Source: an uncultured Chlamydiae bacterium
GTDB lineage: Bacteria > Chlamydiota > Chlamydiia > Chlamydiales > SM23-39
DNA: 64,000 bases
Direction of reading: 5' to 3'
Assembly: GCA_963730605.1 (NCBI GenBank)
Contig: CAVSSM010000002.1
Coordinates: 32,001 to 96,000, forward strand
The notes below the pieces were generated by a model that worked only from the letters and a program-made list of their open reading frames with translations, was not told where the DNA came from and made no database searches. Numbering within the stretch: position 1 is the first letter of the stretch; every line of letters starts with the position of its first letter. Below are positions 28,670 to 38,587 of the stretch, piece by piece. A program made the translations under genes and the position numbers.

Positions 28670-29584
28670 TCAATCCTGGTTCTGGACGAAAGCAAGCTGA
28701 GGAATCCGTAAATCGACGATCCTCGGGGCGTATCGACAAGGACGGCTGACTGTTGCTAGCTGTTTGCGGTAATCTTCTTCCATATTTCGGCGCAAGACAA
28801 AAAAGTGGTTCAGCTGCTCTTTGAAATCTTTCGGCGCAAGCCGTAGGATTTTCGGAAAACTACAATGGATCCCTCGAATCAAAAACTCTTCTTCCGTAAA
28901 TAAGACGATCTCCCTTTGCCCGAGACTCGGCCGCGTAGCGTTCGAAACATCGATCCTTTGCACTCTGAATCCTTCGCGCCAAGGGGTCTCTTCGAGAAAA
29001 TGGAGGACCTCCATTGCGATCTTCATGAAATGATCGTCGAGAGGGACGAGCCACCTCCCACCGATCCGGCCCTGCTCATCGGGGGGCGCGCCGAACGGAG
29101 GAAGCCCTAAATAGAGCTCGGGGATCGCTTTCGGAGAAAAAAAGGGCGCAAAAGGAATAAGATAGCCCTCCCTGTCAATCGCGATATTCTTGTAGTCGGC
29201 AAGGATCGCAACCGGCTGGCGCACTTCATAATCGATATAAACCGTGCCGGGCGGCACCTTTTTGACGAGGGCAGATTTTATAAGGGGAGATGCGCGGAGT
29301 TTTTTTTCCGCGAGCAAGCAGTCAAAAGCATAAAGAGAGATCGACCGCTCTGCCGAAAGTCCTAAAATTTCAGCGAGATAGGCCGTTTTCAACGCTTCTT
29401 TTTCAGGGCCCGTCTGGACAATCGAAACGATCCTATGTTTTTCATCGAAGAGTTTTTTTCGATGGTGCTTTGCATAGGCCTCATACCCTCCGATGCTGAT
29501 CGATAGGGTGGCGAAGCTTGAGCCGATAAGGCAAAAAAGGGCTTGACGCAGCGTCCATGTCGGCGGGCTCATCTTCTCATGCAC
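28670..29584 (-). CDS. ftsQ: FtsQ/DivIB-like POTRA protein
   Basis: N-terminal TM, POTRA-like SPLIKSALVKKVPPGTVYIDYEVRQPVA, C-terminal IVDLRIP; follows murC-ddl. Confidence 0.7.
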   Translation of the reverse strand: MHEKMSPPTWTLRQALFCLIGSSFATLSISIGGYEAYAKHHRKKLFDEKHRIVSIVQTGPEKEALKTAYLAEILGLSAERSISLYAFDCLLAEKKLRASPLIKSALVKKVPPGTVYIDYEVRQPVAILADYKNIAIDREGYLIPFAPFFSPKAIPELYLGLPPFGAPPDEQGRIGGRWLVPLDDHFMKIAMEVLHFLEETPWREGFRVQRIDVSNATRPSLGQREIVLFTEEEFLIRGIHCSFPKILRLAPKDFKEQLNHFFVLRRNMEEDYRKQLATVSRPCRYAPRIVDLRIPQLAFVQNQD

Positions 29585-32046
29585 CCTATTTCTGCTAGGC
29601 GGCGGGTCCGATGGAGGGCGAGCGCGACAAGATCATCGGAGACCTGAGCCATATCGACCCCAGCCGCTGCCCAAATTTTTGGAAAAGCGCTCGTGTCGGT
29701 GCAGCCGGGAAAAGGATTGATCTCGTTGAACCAAAAGTAGCCATCGTTATCGATGAAAAAATCGACCCGCGCAAGGCCTTTGCAGCCAAATGAGACATAG
29801 ATCCTTTTCGCAAGTTCGATCCCGATCTGACGCTCCGTTTCGGAGATGCGCGCAGGAATGGCATAAGGCATGGCGGCAGCGCCATATTTTCCCGCATAGT
29901 CTACGAACGCCCTTTGATTGAGAATCTCGCAAGGAGGACCCACGCGGATGTACTCGTTTCCGATCACCCCGAATTCGATCTGCCTCCCTTCGACATGCAG
30001 CTCGACGATGATCGTGTCGTCATAGAAAAAGGCGGCGTCTGCCAAACTTTTGACCTCTGAGGGCCCCCTGGCGCAGCCGACGCCGATGCTCGAGCCGAGA
30101 TGGACAGGCTTGATCCAAACAGGATAGAACAGCCGCTCATTGATTTTTTCCAAAAGAGCCTCGGGATTTTCCCGGTATTCTTTAAGGTCCATTTCGAAAA
30201 AGGGCGGGGTCGGAACTTTGTTGATCAGCGCGGCGTACTTGGACCACCCTTTATGCATGCAAAGGGCGCCGGAGCGATAATCGCATCCCGCATAAGGGAT
30301 ATGCAAAGTATCCAAAAATCCCTGGATCATCCCGTCCTCTCCTTGCGGCCCGTGGAAGACGGGAATGCACACCTCCGACTTTGCGAGCTCCTCTATGACC
30401 GAGATCGGCATCTTGGGCTCGTCGGATTGGCAGCTGGCCCCTTTTTTCCCCAAAGACGATGCGTCATTGGAGGCCCCTTTTTTCCCCAAAGACGATGCGT
30501 CATTGGAGGCCCCTTTCAGCTTGTCGAAAGAGTCGGAGCCCATGATCCAATTCCCTTGTTTTGTCACCCCAAAACACCGCACATCGTATACGGATGAGTC
30601 GAGCGCTTTGAAAATCGTCCTCGCTGAATCGATCGATACTTCGTGCTCGGCAGATGGCCCTCCGCAAACAAGGGCCACACGGATTTTCGGTGCCTTTTCA
30701 GCCCACAATTTTAAGATCTGCTGGCCAGCCTGTGTGACGTCTCCTGCGCCAATCGTCAAAGCGACATCGAGCGGCCTCAAAATTTCAACGACTCCGGCTT
30801 CCAAATGTTGACGCGGGAAGAAATGGAGTTTTGCCCCAAGAGATTCTCTCATCCGCGAATAGAGGGCGGCTGTTGTGACTCCGACGAGCGGTGTCTCGCC
30901 GGCGCTGTAGATATCAGTCAGCACCACGACATCGGCCTCAGAAAAGCAGGTCAAGAAATCTTCGAATAAATCGCGCACCCTCGTATAGCGGTGGGGCTGA
31001 AAGATGACGACAAGGCGCCTTTCTCGGATGCTGGCCCTTAAGGCTTTCAAAGTCGCCGCAATCTCCACGGGATGGTGCCCGTAGTCGTCATAGATTTTCA
31101 CTTTATGAGCAACTCCTTTGAATTCGAGCCGCCTCTTCGTCCCACAAAAGCTTCGAAACCCTTTCCTGATGGCCTCTTCCGTCACCTGCAATTGCAGAGC
31201 GAGCCCAAATACGGCTGCAGCATTTAGCGCGTTATAGCGCCCAAATAAAGGAAGCTCGATGTGCCTAAGTTTTTTGCCCTGGAAGACAATGTCGAACCGG
31301 ATCCCATTTTCATCTTGGGCAAACGATTCGAGCCTCAAGTCCGCATCCGGAGAAAAACCGTAAGAAAACCCTTCTGGCTTTAGGCTCTCGAGACGCGCAT
31401 CGTCTTTGCACCAAAAGAGATGCTCTCTGCTTTGGACGGCCCTTAAGAACTTGCGGAAACCGGCATCGAGATTTTCAGCGCTTTTCCAATAATCCATGTG
31501 GTCGTTATCGAGATTCGTCACGATCGCCCCAAACGCGGGACTTTTCAAAAAAGAGCCGTCGCTCTCATCGGCTTCGGCTACAAAGAAAGAGCCGCTTCCG
31601 GCTTTGCCGTTCGTATCGAGCTGAGAAAGAATCCCGCCAATGGCAAAAGTAGGATCCACCCCCGCATCGAAAAGGACCCAAGCCAAAAGAGAGGCTGTCG
31701 TTGTTTTCCCATGAGTTCCTGTGACGAGGAGCGGCTTTTTCCCCTCCATAAGCCGTCCGAGAAGGTCCGATCGGTGTAAAAGAGGCAGGCGGAGTTCTTT
31801 GGCCTTTTCCAACTCCCCATTCTTCTCCAAGATGCTGCTCGAAAAAACCACCGTCGTTCCCTTTTGAATCCAGGCTGCGTCATGACCTACTTTGACCTTA
31901 GCCCCTTCTTTTCCCAATTGATCTAAAAGTGGGCTTGCCGCCGCGTCGGTCCCTCGTACCTCTGCTCCCTGTTGCATCAAGATCCGGGCGAGCGCGCTCA
32001 TCCCGATGCCGCCAAGCCCAATGAAATGATACATATTTTCCGTCAT
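29569..32046 (-). CDS. murC/ddl: Bifunctional MurC / D-Ala-D-Ala ligase fusion
   Basis: HFIGLGGIGMSALA, GTHGKTTT, DDYGHHPVEI; then CGGPSAEHEVS, HGPQGEDG, GSSIG, NEINPFPG. Confidence 0.95.
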   Translation of the reverse strand: MTENMYHFIGLGGIGMSALARILMQQGAEVRGTDAAASPLLDQLGKEGAKVKVGHDAAWIQKGTTVVFSSSILEKNGELEKAKELRLPLLHRSDLLGRLMEGKKPLLVTGTHGKTTTASLLAWVLFDAGVDPTFAIGGILSQLDTNGKAGSGSFFVAEADESDGSFLKSPAFGAIVTNLDNDHMDYWKSAENLDAGFRKFLRAVQSREHLFWCKDDARLESLKPEGFSYGFSPDADLRLESFAQDENGIRFDIVFQGKKLRHIELPLFGRYNALNAAAVFGLALQLQVTEEAIRKGFRSFCGTKRRLEFKGVAHKVKIYDDYGHHPVEIAATLKALRASIRERRLVVIFQPHRYTRVRDLFEDFLTCFSEADVVVLTDIYSAGETPLVGVTTAALYSRMRESLGAKLHFFPRQHLEAGVVEILRPLDVALTIGAGDVTQAGQQILKLWAEKAPKIRVALVCGGPSAEHEVSIDSARTIFKALDSSVYDVRCFGVTKQGNWIMGSDSFDKLKGASNDASSLGKKGASNDASSLGKKGASCQSDEPKMPISVIEELAKSEVCIPVFHGPQGEDGMIQGFLDTLHIPYAGCDYRSGALCMHKGWSKYAALINKVPTPPFFEMDLKEYRENPEALLEKINERLFYPVWIKPVHLGSSIGVGCARGPSEVKSLADAAFFYDDTIIVELHVEGRQIEFGVIGNEYIRVGPPCEILNQRAFVDYAGKYGAAAMPYAIPARISETERQIGIELAKRIYVSFGCKGLARVDFFIDNDGYFWFNEINPFPGCTDTSAFPKIWAAAGVDMAQVSDDLVALALHRTRRLAEIGCMRR

Positions 32047-33125
32047 AAAATAATCCTCCGAATGATGTCGGCCAAGTGGGTTCGTTGCTCATCTTCCGCG
32101 TTCGCTTTTCGCAAACGCATTTTTCTCTCTTCCAACTCCTCGATCAGAGTAGATAGTTCATGAGCGATCCTTTCCGCATCGGCCTCTTTTTGATCGATCA
32201 GCCGAGCTCCTCCTAAGGCATCCCTCAAGTACTCCCCATTTTTCCTTTGGTGATTTTCGGCTGCGTGAGGATAAGGGATCAAAAGAGCCGGAAGCTCGAA
32301 TTGGATCAGCTCGGCGATCGTTCCTGCTCCGCTGCGACAAAGGGCCGCATCGGCTGCGGCATATGCATGCGCCATCTCCTTTTCAAACGGCTTTACGCAT
32401 GCAATAATTCCAAGCTTTTCATAGGCCAACCTGACACTTTCCGCCTCGGCTGGGCCGGCCAAGTGCAGCGCCTGGCATGTTTTCCCCAAAGACGATGCAT
32501 CTTCGGGGGCCCCTCTGGGGGCCCTGTTTTGCTCGAGCCTTGCAATCGCCTTCGGTGCCGTCTCATTGAGAAACGCGGCTCCTTGAGAGCCTCCAAAAAC
32601 CAAAATCACTTTTTTTTCGGGATCGAGCCCATAGAGCTTTTTGGCCTCTTTAGGCGCCAGCCGCTTTAATGCGCTCTTCCAGGGAAGCCAAGAGACAAGG
32701 GTTCCTCCGTTATTTGGAAATTGAAAGGCGACCTCAGTAGCGAGCGGCCGGAAGAGGCGAATGACTTTGCCGATCTTACAATTCGCTTCGAAGAGGACGA
32801 GCTTTTTTCGGAAAAATGCGGCGGCAAGAAGGACAGGGAATGTATGATAGCTGCCGAAACCGATGACCGCGTCCGGCATGAAATGGCGCATCAGTTGGCA
32901 GGCCTGCCAAAACCCAATGCAGGTCCTTGAGAAAAATCCTTTTTTCAAAGGATGGGCGGTAATCTCAGCGAAAGGAATCTTTTCTTTTTCGAAGAAGGGG
33001 CTCGTCCCAAGCTTATGTCCGGCAAAGAGGATTTCGGCGTCGCCCTTCAACTGTTCTCTGAGCTGCTGGGCAGGAAACAAATGTCCGCCCGTCCCTCCTG
33101 CTGCGATCAACACTTTTTTTTTCAC
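32043..33125 (-). CDS. murG: UDP-GlcNAc:lipid I transferase
   Basis: GTG start overlapping the ftsW stop; AAGGTGGHLFPA, FGGSQGA, RSGAGT, HQRKNG. Confidence 0.95.
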   Translation of the reverse strand: MKKKVLIAAGGTGGHLFPAQQLREQLKGDAEILFAGHKLGTSPFFEKEKIPFAEITAHPLKKGFFSRTCIGFWQACQLMRHFMPDAVIGFGSYHTFPVLLAAAFFRKKLVLFEANCKIGKVIRLFRPLATEVAFQFPNNGGTLVSWLPWKSALKRLAPKEAKKLYGLDPEKKVILVFGGSQGAAFLNETAPKAIARLEQNRAPRGAPEDASSLGKTCQALHLAGPAEAESVRLAYEKLGIIACVKPFEKEMAHAYAAADAALCRSGAGTIAELIQFELPALLIPYPHAAENHQRKNGEYLRDALGGARLIDQKEADAERIAHELSTLIEELEERKMRLRKANAEDEQRTHLADIIRRIIL

Positions 33126-34219
33126 GTTTTTTCCAATATCTTTGGTTTGCGCGCGATATCTAGCAAGATGAAAAGAGCGGCGATGTTGACGATGAGTGAT
33201 GTGCCGCCTGCCGAAAAGAACGGAAGCGTCATCCCTTTGCTGGGAAGAAGGCCGGACACGACGCCTAAATTCAAAAATGCTTGGATTGAAATCAGAAATG
33301 TGAGGACGCTTGCGAGGAGAAACCCTCCTGGATCGCGCGCCCGGATCGCGACCAAGAATCCGGCAAAGGAAAAGATCATATAAAGCCCGATGATGCCCAA
33401 AATCCCCACAAAACCGGTTTCTTCCGCGTAGATGGCTGCGATATAATCGTTGCGAGCCTCGGGCAAGTAATTGAGCTTTTGGAGGCTCTCGCCAATGCCT
33501 CTGCCAAAAAGACCTCCCGAGCCGGCGGCGATTTTCGCTTGATGGGGCTGATGCCCTTTCCCTTTCAAATCGAGTTCGGGATGAAGATAGATTTGGATCC
33601 GGCCTTTGACATGAGGCATATGGTAAGCTGCAGCTCCCCCGGCCATCGTGAGCAAGGAAAGCGGCAAGGCCCAATAGATCCATTTCACCCGAGTGAGCCA
33701 AAACAAGACCGGCAGAGTGGAGAGAATGATCGCGGCCGTCCCATTGTCCGGTTGAAGAAGGATGAGGACGAGAGGGAAAACCAAGAGCCCAACGATTTTC
33801 AAGAAGGGGATCAGCAGGATCTCCTTTTGCTGGCAAACCCAGTGGATATAAACGGCCGGTGCCAAGATTTTGATGCATTCGGAGGGCTGGAACGTAAATC
33901 CCCAAAGCCCGATCCAACGCCTCGCCCCATTTACGGTTTGCCCGATCCCAGGAATGAAGAGCAGGATGAGCAGCGCGGTGCCCAGGATAAAACACAAGGC
34001 GCTGTACTGCAGCAACGACTCATAACCCCACCGAACCATCGCAGCTCCTATGAGAATTCCGACAATCCCGTAAAGCGATTGCTTCAAAAGGATTGCATGG
34101 GTATTGATATCAAGCGACCGGTCGATAATCTGAGCCGATGTGGTATTGAAAATCATGAGAAGGCCAAAGGAAAAGAGGATCGCGACGGGCAATGTTAAAA
34201 AAAGGGAAGATTTTGTCAC
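33122..34219 (-). CDS. ftsW: SEDS protein FtsW
   Basis: NGARRWI, FQPSE, QPDNGTA, YLPEARNDY, LLPSKGMTLPFFSAGGTS. Confidence 0.95.
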   Translation of the reverse strand: MTKSSLFLTLPVAILFSFGLLMIFNTTSAQIIDRSLDINTHAILLKQSLYGIVGILIGAAMVRWGYESLLQYSALCFILGTALLILLFIPGIGQTVNGARRWIGLWGFTFQPSECIKILAPAVYIHWVCQQKEILLIPFLKIVGLLVFPLVLILLQPDNGTAAIILSTLPVLFWLTRVKWIYWALPLSLLTMAGGAAAYHMPHVKGRIQIYLHPELDLKGKGHQPHQAKIAAGSGGLFGRGIGESLQKLNYLPEARNDYIAAIYAEETGFVGILGIIGLYMIFSFAGFLVAIRARDPGGFLLASVLTFLISIQAFLNLGVVSGLLPSKGMTLPFFSAGGTSLIVNIAALFILLDIARKPKILEKT

Positions 34220-34923
34220 TTGATTCTCAGCCGATCTCCCGGTTTCAGCTTGCGGGCCGTCTTTTCATTGAGCCCATTCAATTTGAGAAGCTCATCTACT
34301 TTCATATGATGCTTCATTGCGACCGACCAGGGATTATCTCCTACTTTCATCGTGTAATATTCGGCCGTCTCTAGGCCTAAGGAAATAGCGCTTTTCGGTT
34401 TGGAAATTTCGATCCTTTTCCCCGCCGGAATTTTCAGCCGCTGGCCTATCTTAAGAAAGCTTGTGGGAAGTTGGTTCAATTGGATAATTTCATCCACGCT
34501 CGTCCGGTATTGCTTGGCGAGCTTCTCGAGGCTATCTCCCTTTTGCACTTCAATCTCTGATGCCGTAAGAGGCGTTTGCTTCGCTGGATTTGCAAGAGGG
34601 GCCGGCGCTGGAGGGGGAGCCGAAACGAGAGAAGAAGCCGACGCCGTCTCTACAGGAGGAGAAGATAGTGATGCCGGCGGCAAGGAAAAGGCTACAGGCT
34701 GGCTTGGAGTTGTTGCGAGCGAGTTATCAAGAGCAAGAGGAGCTGGCGGAATCTCCACGGTTTCTTGAAAAAGAGGTTTGGGATCGTTGCGAGAGGCCGC
34801 TTCCTGCCCCATCTCGCTTTCCTGAACAGGAACTTCCCGCATCGTCATCGCGGCGATGAAAAGCACTGTCAAAATGCCCGCGTTGATCATCACGGCTGCC
34901 ACTATGGTCTTTTTCCGATCCAT
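34216..34923 (-). CDS. Membrane-anchored double-LysM protein (chlamydial NlpD position)
   Basis: TM segment, Pro/Ser linker, VQKGDSLEKLAKQY and YTMKVGDNPWSVAMKH LysM repeats. Confidence 0.9.
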   Translation of the reverse strand: MDRKKTIVAAVMINAGILTVLFIAAMTMREVPVQESEMGQEAASRNDPKPLFQETVEIPPAPLALDNSLATTPSQPVAFSLPPASLSSPPVETASASSLVSAPPPAPAPLANPAKQTPLTASEIEVQKGDSLEKLAKQYRTSVDEIIQLNQLPTSFLKIGQRLKIPAGKRIEISKPKSAISLGLETAEYYTMKVGDNPWSVAMKHHMKVDELLKLNGLNEKTARKLKPGDRLRIK

Positions 34924-36189
34924 CTATCCCCCTCTTACAATCTTCTTGAACCTCTCGCCGCGCTCTTCGAAATTCGCAAACTGGTCGTAGCTCGAGCAAC
35001 CGGGAGAAAAAAGAACCGTATCTCCCCGCACTGCAGTGAGTCTCACGGCCGCCACAGCTTCTTCCAGAGTGGAAACTCGCAAAAGTTGGAAGTCTTTCCC
35101 AAGCTCCCGTTTCATCTTTTCCGCCGCCTCGCCGAAGACCACGATCCTCCTCACCTTTCCCTGAAAATATTTGATCCAGGGTGCGTAGGTAGATCCTTTG
35201 TCGACTCCTCCCGCGATCAAAATAACCGGCCCCGGAAAAAGGGCCATCCCGTGGATGACCGCCTCGACATTCGACGCTTTGCTGTCGTTATAATAAGCAA
35301 TGCCGTCAATTTCAGCCACCCATTCGATGCGATGGGGCGACTTCCGAAATGTTTTCAATGCCGAATCGATGAACTTTTCCGGCACCTTGCAAAAATAACA
35401 TAGAGCTCGGGCAGCCGCGCTATTGATCTTTTCGGGCGCTCCCCGCCTCACTCCATCCGTTCCGCCGCCAACGTCCAATCCGGCATCGAAAATAACATCG
35501 ATATTTCGTGCACCGTAATCCTTTTGGACTTGGCGCGATAGAAAGAGTTTTCCGCCCGGCTTCAGGCAGCGGCCGATTCGTAATTTGGCCTCTGCGTACT
35601 CTTCCATCGAAGCATGGCGGTTCAGATGGTTCGGCGTGATATTCAAAATCGCAGCCGCATCGAACCAAGGTTTTATGGAGAGCGTTTCCAATTGGAATGA
35701 GCTCAATTCGACAACTAAGATTTCATCCTTGTCCGGAGAAAGGGCGTAGCCACTCAAAGCGGCGCCGACATTGCCGACAGCCGCCGCCTTGATGCCAAAC
35801 GCATTTAAAATGTGCGCAGTCAAAAGGACCGTCGTCGTCTTCCCATTCGTGCCCGTCACTCCCAGGACACACCGATTCGGCAAATAGTGGAGCGCAAGCT
35901 CGATCTCTCCCAAAAGTTCGATTCCAGAGATTTTCGCTTTTTGGATAAGAGTATGGGAGGGGACAATCCCAGGAGAGATGACAACGAGTGAAAAGGGGGA
36001 AAGAGAAATTTCAGCCGCGTCGCTGATAACTCGCACGCCCCGCTGAATGAGTTCCTGGGAGTGAGGATCATTTTTTAGAGCATCGAAGCGGCGGTCTGCG
36101 GCAGTGACCGAAAACCCTTTGGAGAGCAATAGTTCCGCTGATGCTTTCCCGCTTACTCCTAAGCCGATGATCAAAGCAACGTTCCTCAT
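34924..36189 (-). CDS. murD: UDP-MurNAc-L-Ala:D-Glu ligase
   Basis: IGLGVSG, GVTGTNGKTTT, ELSSFQLE, YNDSKASN, SPGCSSYDQF; start at 36189 or 36207. Confidence 0.95.
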   Translation of the reverse strand: MRNVALIIGLGVSGKASAELLLSKGFSVTAADRRFDALKNDPHSQELIQRGVRVISDAAEISLSPFSLVVISPGIVPSHTLIQKAKISGIELLGEIELALHYLPNRCVLGVTGTNGKTTTVLLTAHILNAFGIKAAAVGNVGAALSGYALSPDKDEILVVELSSFQLETLSIKPWFDAAAILNITPNHLNRHASMEEYAEAKLRIGRCLKPGGKLFLSRQVQKDYGARNIDVIFDAGLDVGGGTDGVRRGAPEKINSAAARALCYFCKVPEKFIDSALKTFRKSPHRIEWVAEIDGIAYYNDSKASNVEAVIHGMALFPGPVILIAGGVDKGSTYAPWIKYFQGKVRRIVVFGEAAEKMKRELGKDFQLLRVSTLEEAVAAVRLTAVRGDTVLFSPGCSSYDQFANFEERGERFKKIVRGG

Positions 36190-36281
36190 GACGAGGAGTA
36201 TAGACACACGAGTTTGTTAAGCACAATGGCCTCCGTGTTTTTGTCTATATTTTAGAGCCTCAGCGCCGGCCCCTCTTTTTG

Positions 36282-36306
36282 AACTATTCGGAACTTCCGA
36301 ATAGTT
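36282..36306. repeat. Perfect 12-bp-arm palindrome between divergent genes
   Basis: aactattcggaa-c-ttccgaatagtt. Confidence 0.8.
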
Positions 36307-36410
36307 GCCGTTCAACTTTATATTGAATGTTTGAACATGATCATTTTTTAATTTAATTTGATTTAAAAATTTACAAGATTTAAAATCGTTGTTTTTACTA
36401 TGAGGAAAAC

Positions 36411-37025
36411 ATGAGAAAGATCATCATTACTACCCTGATGGCAGCGAGCGCAGCTTTTGCAGAGCCATCGATTGACCAGGCAGAGGTAGCTCCGACAGAC
36501 ATTGCTCCGGTCTTCGTGAATGCAGCGCTGCCCTCGGCATTGTCATCCAACCCTTCTGTCCCAGAGACCGCTGTTTCCAAACAAGGATTTTTCTATGTTC
36601 GATTTGCGGCAGCTGAAAGCGATTTTATCCATGCAAGCCCTGTCGTTCCTGGCCTGGGGATTGGCTATCGGCGGCTGGCGGGCAATGGAGCTGCCGACAT
36701 TTCCATAAGTGGGCTTGGCAGGGCTGAGCGCAAGAGCGGGAATGTTTATTGGGCTGTGCCAAAGGCGTCTTATTTCCGTTATCTCAACCCTGAAGCGAAG
36801 GGAAGCCTTTATCTAGGCGGAGGGGTTGCGTGGGGAGGAATCGAATCCAAAAATCAGAAGTTTATTGGAATTGTTCCGAGCGCAACGGCCGGGTACGAAT
36901 TCGCTCGCAAGAGTACAGTCCTGGGGTTTTCAGAGCTTAATATTAGCCAGCCGGCCCTCTCTGTCTATCGCAAGGGATCGTTTCCAGGTCCTATTGCGGA
37001 AGCCATAGTGGGTATTGGATTCTAA
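36411..37025 (+). CDS. Small exported outer-membrane beta-barrel-like protein
   Basis: GAGG RBS, signal peptide ending AFA, alternating Gly/aromatic strands, C-terminal GIGF. Confidence 0.75.
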   Translation: MRKIIITTLMAASAAFAEPSIDQAEVAPTDIAPVFVNAALPSALSSNPSVPETAVSKQGFFYVRFAAAESDFIHASPVVPGLGIGYRRLAGNGAADISISGLGRAERKSGNVYWAVPKASYFRYLNPEAKGSLYLGGGVAWGGIESKNQKFIGIVPSATAGYEFARKSTVLGFSELNISQPALSVYRKGSFPGPIAEAIVGIGF

Positions 37026-37136
37026 AAGGAGCCAACTGGGATGTCGCCAAATCTGGAAGGTCGGCAAGTTTGCCTACAGCCAATTAGCCGAGCTTTCTAA
37101 AATGGGCTTCATCTCGACTTTGTACAAAGTCGAGGT

Positions 37137-38441
37137 CTATCGTACCAAGGAAAAATCGCGGAGCAGTTGGGCAAATAATCGCGGAACCTTTGCCATCACA
37201 TCGGGTGGTTCCACGTAGGCGATCCGGAGCTGCGTTTTGCCCAGTTCGGGGAGAGAGTAAAAACCCGCCATCGGCGCTAACAAGAGAGTCGTTTTGACCC
37301 CATTGATTGACACCTGCCCTTTTTGCGCGCAGTACATAACAAAATCATTCGCATCGAAATCGACGCCGAAAATATTCCGCAGATCGACCACCGAATACAG
37401 AGCGGCATCCGGATTCGATACGATCAATTCCGGCACTTCCTTCTTCAGGCCCGCCGTCACCGCATGCGACATCTGCCAATAATAGTCCCGCTGCTGTTGA
37501 AACCAGGCTAGGAGCTGCTCTTTGCTCTCAAGGAGAAGGGCGCCGAAAATGTATTGACCGATCGCATTGGCGCACAAGTTGGCCGTATTTTCAGCCACAG
37601 CCCGCTGATGAAATTCGAGATTGTCCGTCACCAGGGCGCCTATCCTCAGGCCGCAGGCGTTCCAAACTTTCGAGGCCGATTCGATGCTGATCCGCCTCCC
37701 TGTAATCCCGGGAGCCTCTTTTTCCGTAACGCCCCAGATGCTGCTTGTCCGCCCGGGCGTAAAAAATACTTCCCGGTAGGCCTCGTCGCTGACCACCCAG
37801 AGATTGTGTTTTACGCAGAGCCTGCCTAATTCGTTGAGCGTCTCTTGCGGAAAAAACTGTCCTGTAGGATTATCGTATGGAATTACTAGCAGCGCGCCCG
37901 GCTTCGCCTCTCGAATGACTTTTTCGATCGCCGCTAGTTTAGGCAAGGTGAATTTCCCATTTTCTTCCAAGAAGCGCTCTATGACAACGATTGAGCGCCC
38001 GGTCCGTTCTGCTATGGAGAAATAGTTGGGATAGGTCGGATCGAAGACCAATAACGGCCGCTCTTTAGACCCGGCCGGCCCGCAAAGTCCGACAATCGCC
38101 AATTCCATCGCATGGCTTCCCCCGTCAGTCATCTGGCTGTATAAGCCCTGCGTAGAAAAACCGCTGCACTGGATCAAATGCAAAACCGCTAAATTGGTCT
38201 CTACTTGTCCGACCGATGATGAATATTTCACGACACCATGCCGAAAAGGGCTTTCAGGATCATCCAGGGCAAACATGCGTTTGGCCATGGCTGGATGCAT
38301 AGGCAAAGAAACATTCCCGATCGCCACATTCACGGCAACCGCGCGATCGGTCCGTTTCAAGAACTCGATTTGCGTCAAACGGATCGGCGAAGGAACCCGC
38401 GTCTGAAAATATGGCGATAGCAAGGGTTTCATCATTTCCAT
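37137..38441 (-). CDS. PLP-dependent aminotransferase class I/II
   Basis: PYDNPTG, VSDEAY, SASKVWNACGLRIG, LRIAY; start uncertain (38432-38441). Confidence 0.9.
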   Translation of the reverse strand: MEMMKPLLSPYFQTRVPSPIRLTQIEFLKRTDRAVAVNVAIGNVSLPMHPAMAKRMFALDDPESPFRHGVVKYSSSVGQVETNLAVLHLIQCSGFSTQGLYSQMTDGGSHAMELAIVGLCGPAGSKERPLLVFDPTYPNYFSIAERTGRSIVVIERFLEENGKFTLPKLAAIEKVIREAKPGALLVIPYDNPTGQFFPQETLNELGRLCVKHNLWVVSDEAYREVFFTPGRTSSIWGVTEKEAPGITGRRISIESASKVWNACGLRIGALVTDNLEFHQRAVAENTANLCANAIGQYIFGALLLESKEQLLAWFQQQRDYYWQMSHAVTAGLKKEVPELIVSNPDAALYSVVDLRNIFGVDFDANDFVMYCAQKGQVSINGVKTTLLLAPMAGFYSLPELGKTQLRIAYVEPPDVMAKVPRLFAQLLRDFSLVR

Positions 38442-38587
38442 TGAGTCACGAGACACCTTTAGAGGGTAGCACCTTCTTACCACGCTATCACAGTACTGGG
38501 CCAAAATTCAATGAAAAAACTGGCGTAATCTATTTTGTTTTTCAAGATCCAGAGCAATAGCAAGCCTACTTGTCCGCGCTCCTTTTC

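Noticed and set aside
29569..32046. MurC-Ddl fusion and absence of ftsZ as novelties
   Set aside because: Both are established chlamydial traits.
32043..33995. 650-aa ORF suggesting an N-terminally extended MurG
   Set aside because: The extension is an alternative frame over ftsW; MurG motifs begin at the GTG overlapping the ftsW stop (33125).
35420..35485. Odd MurD loop (DVGGGTDGVRRGAPEK) as another hairpin insertion
   Set aside because: The DNA does not show the 11-bp stem; the resemblance is limited to GAPE.
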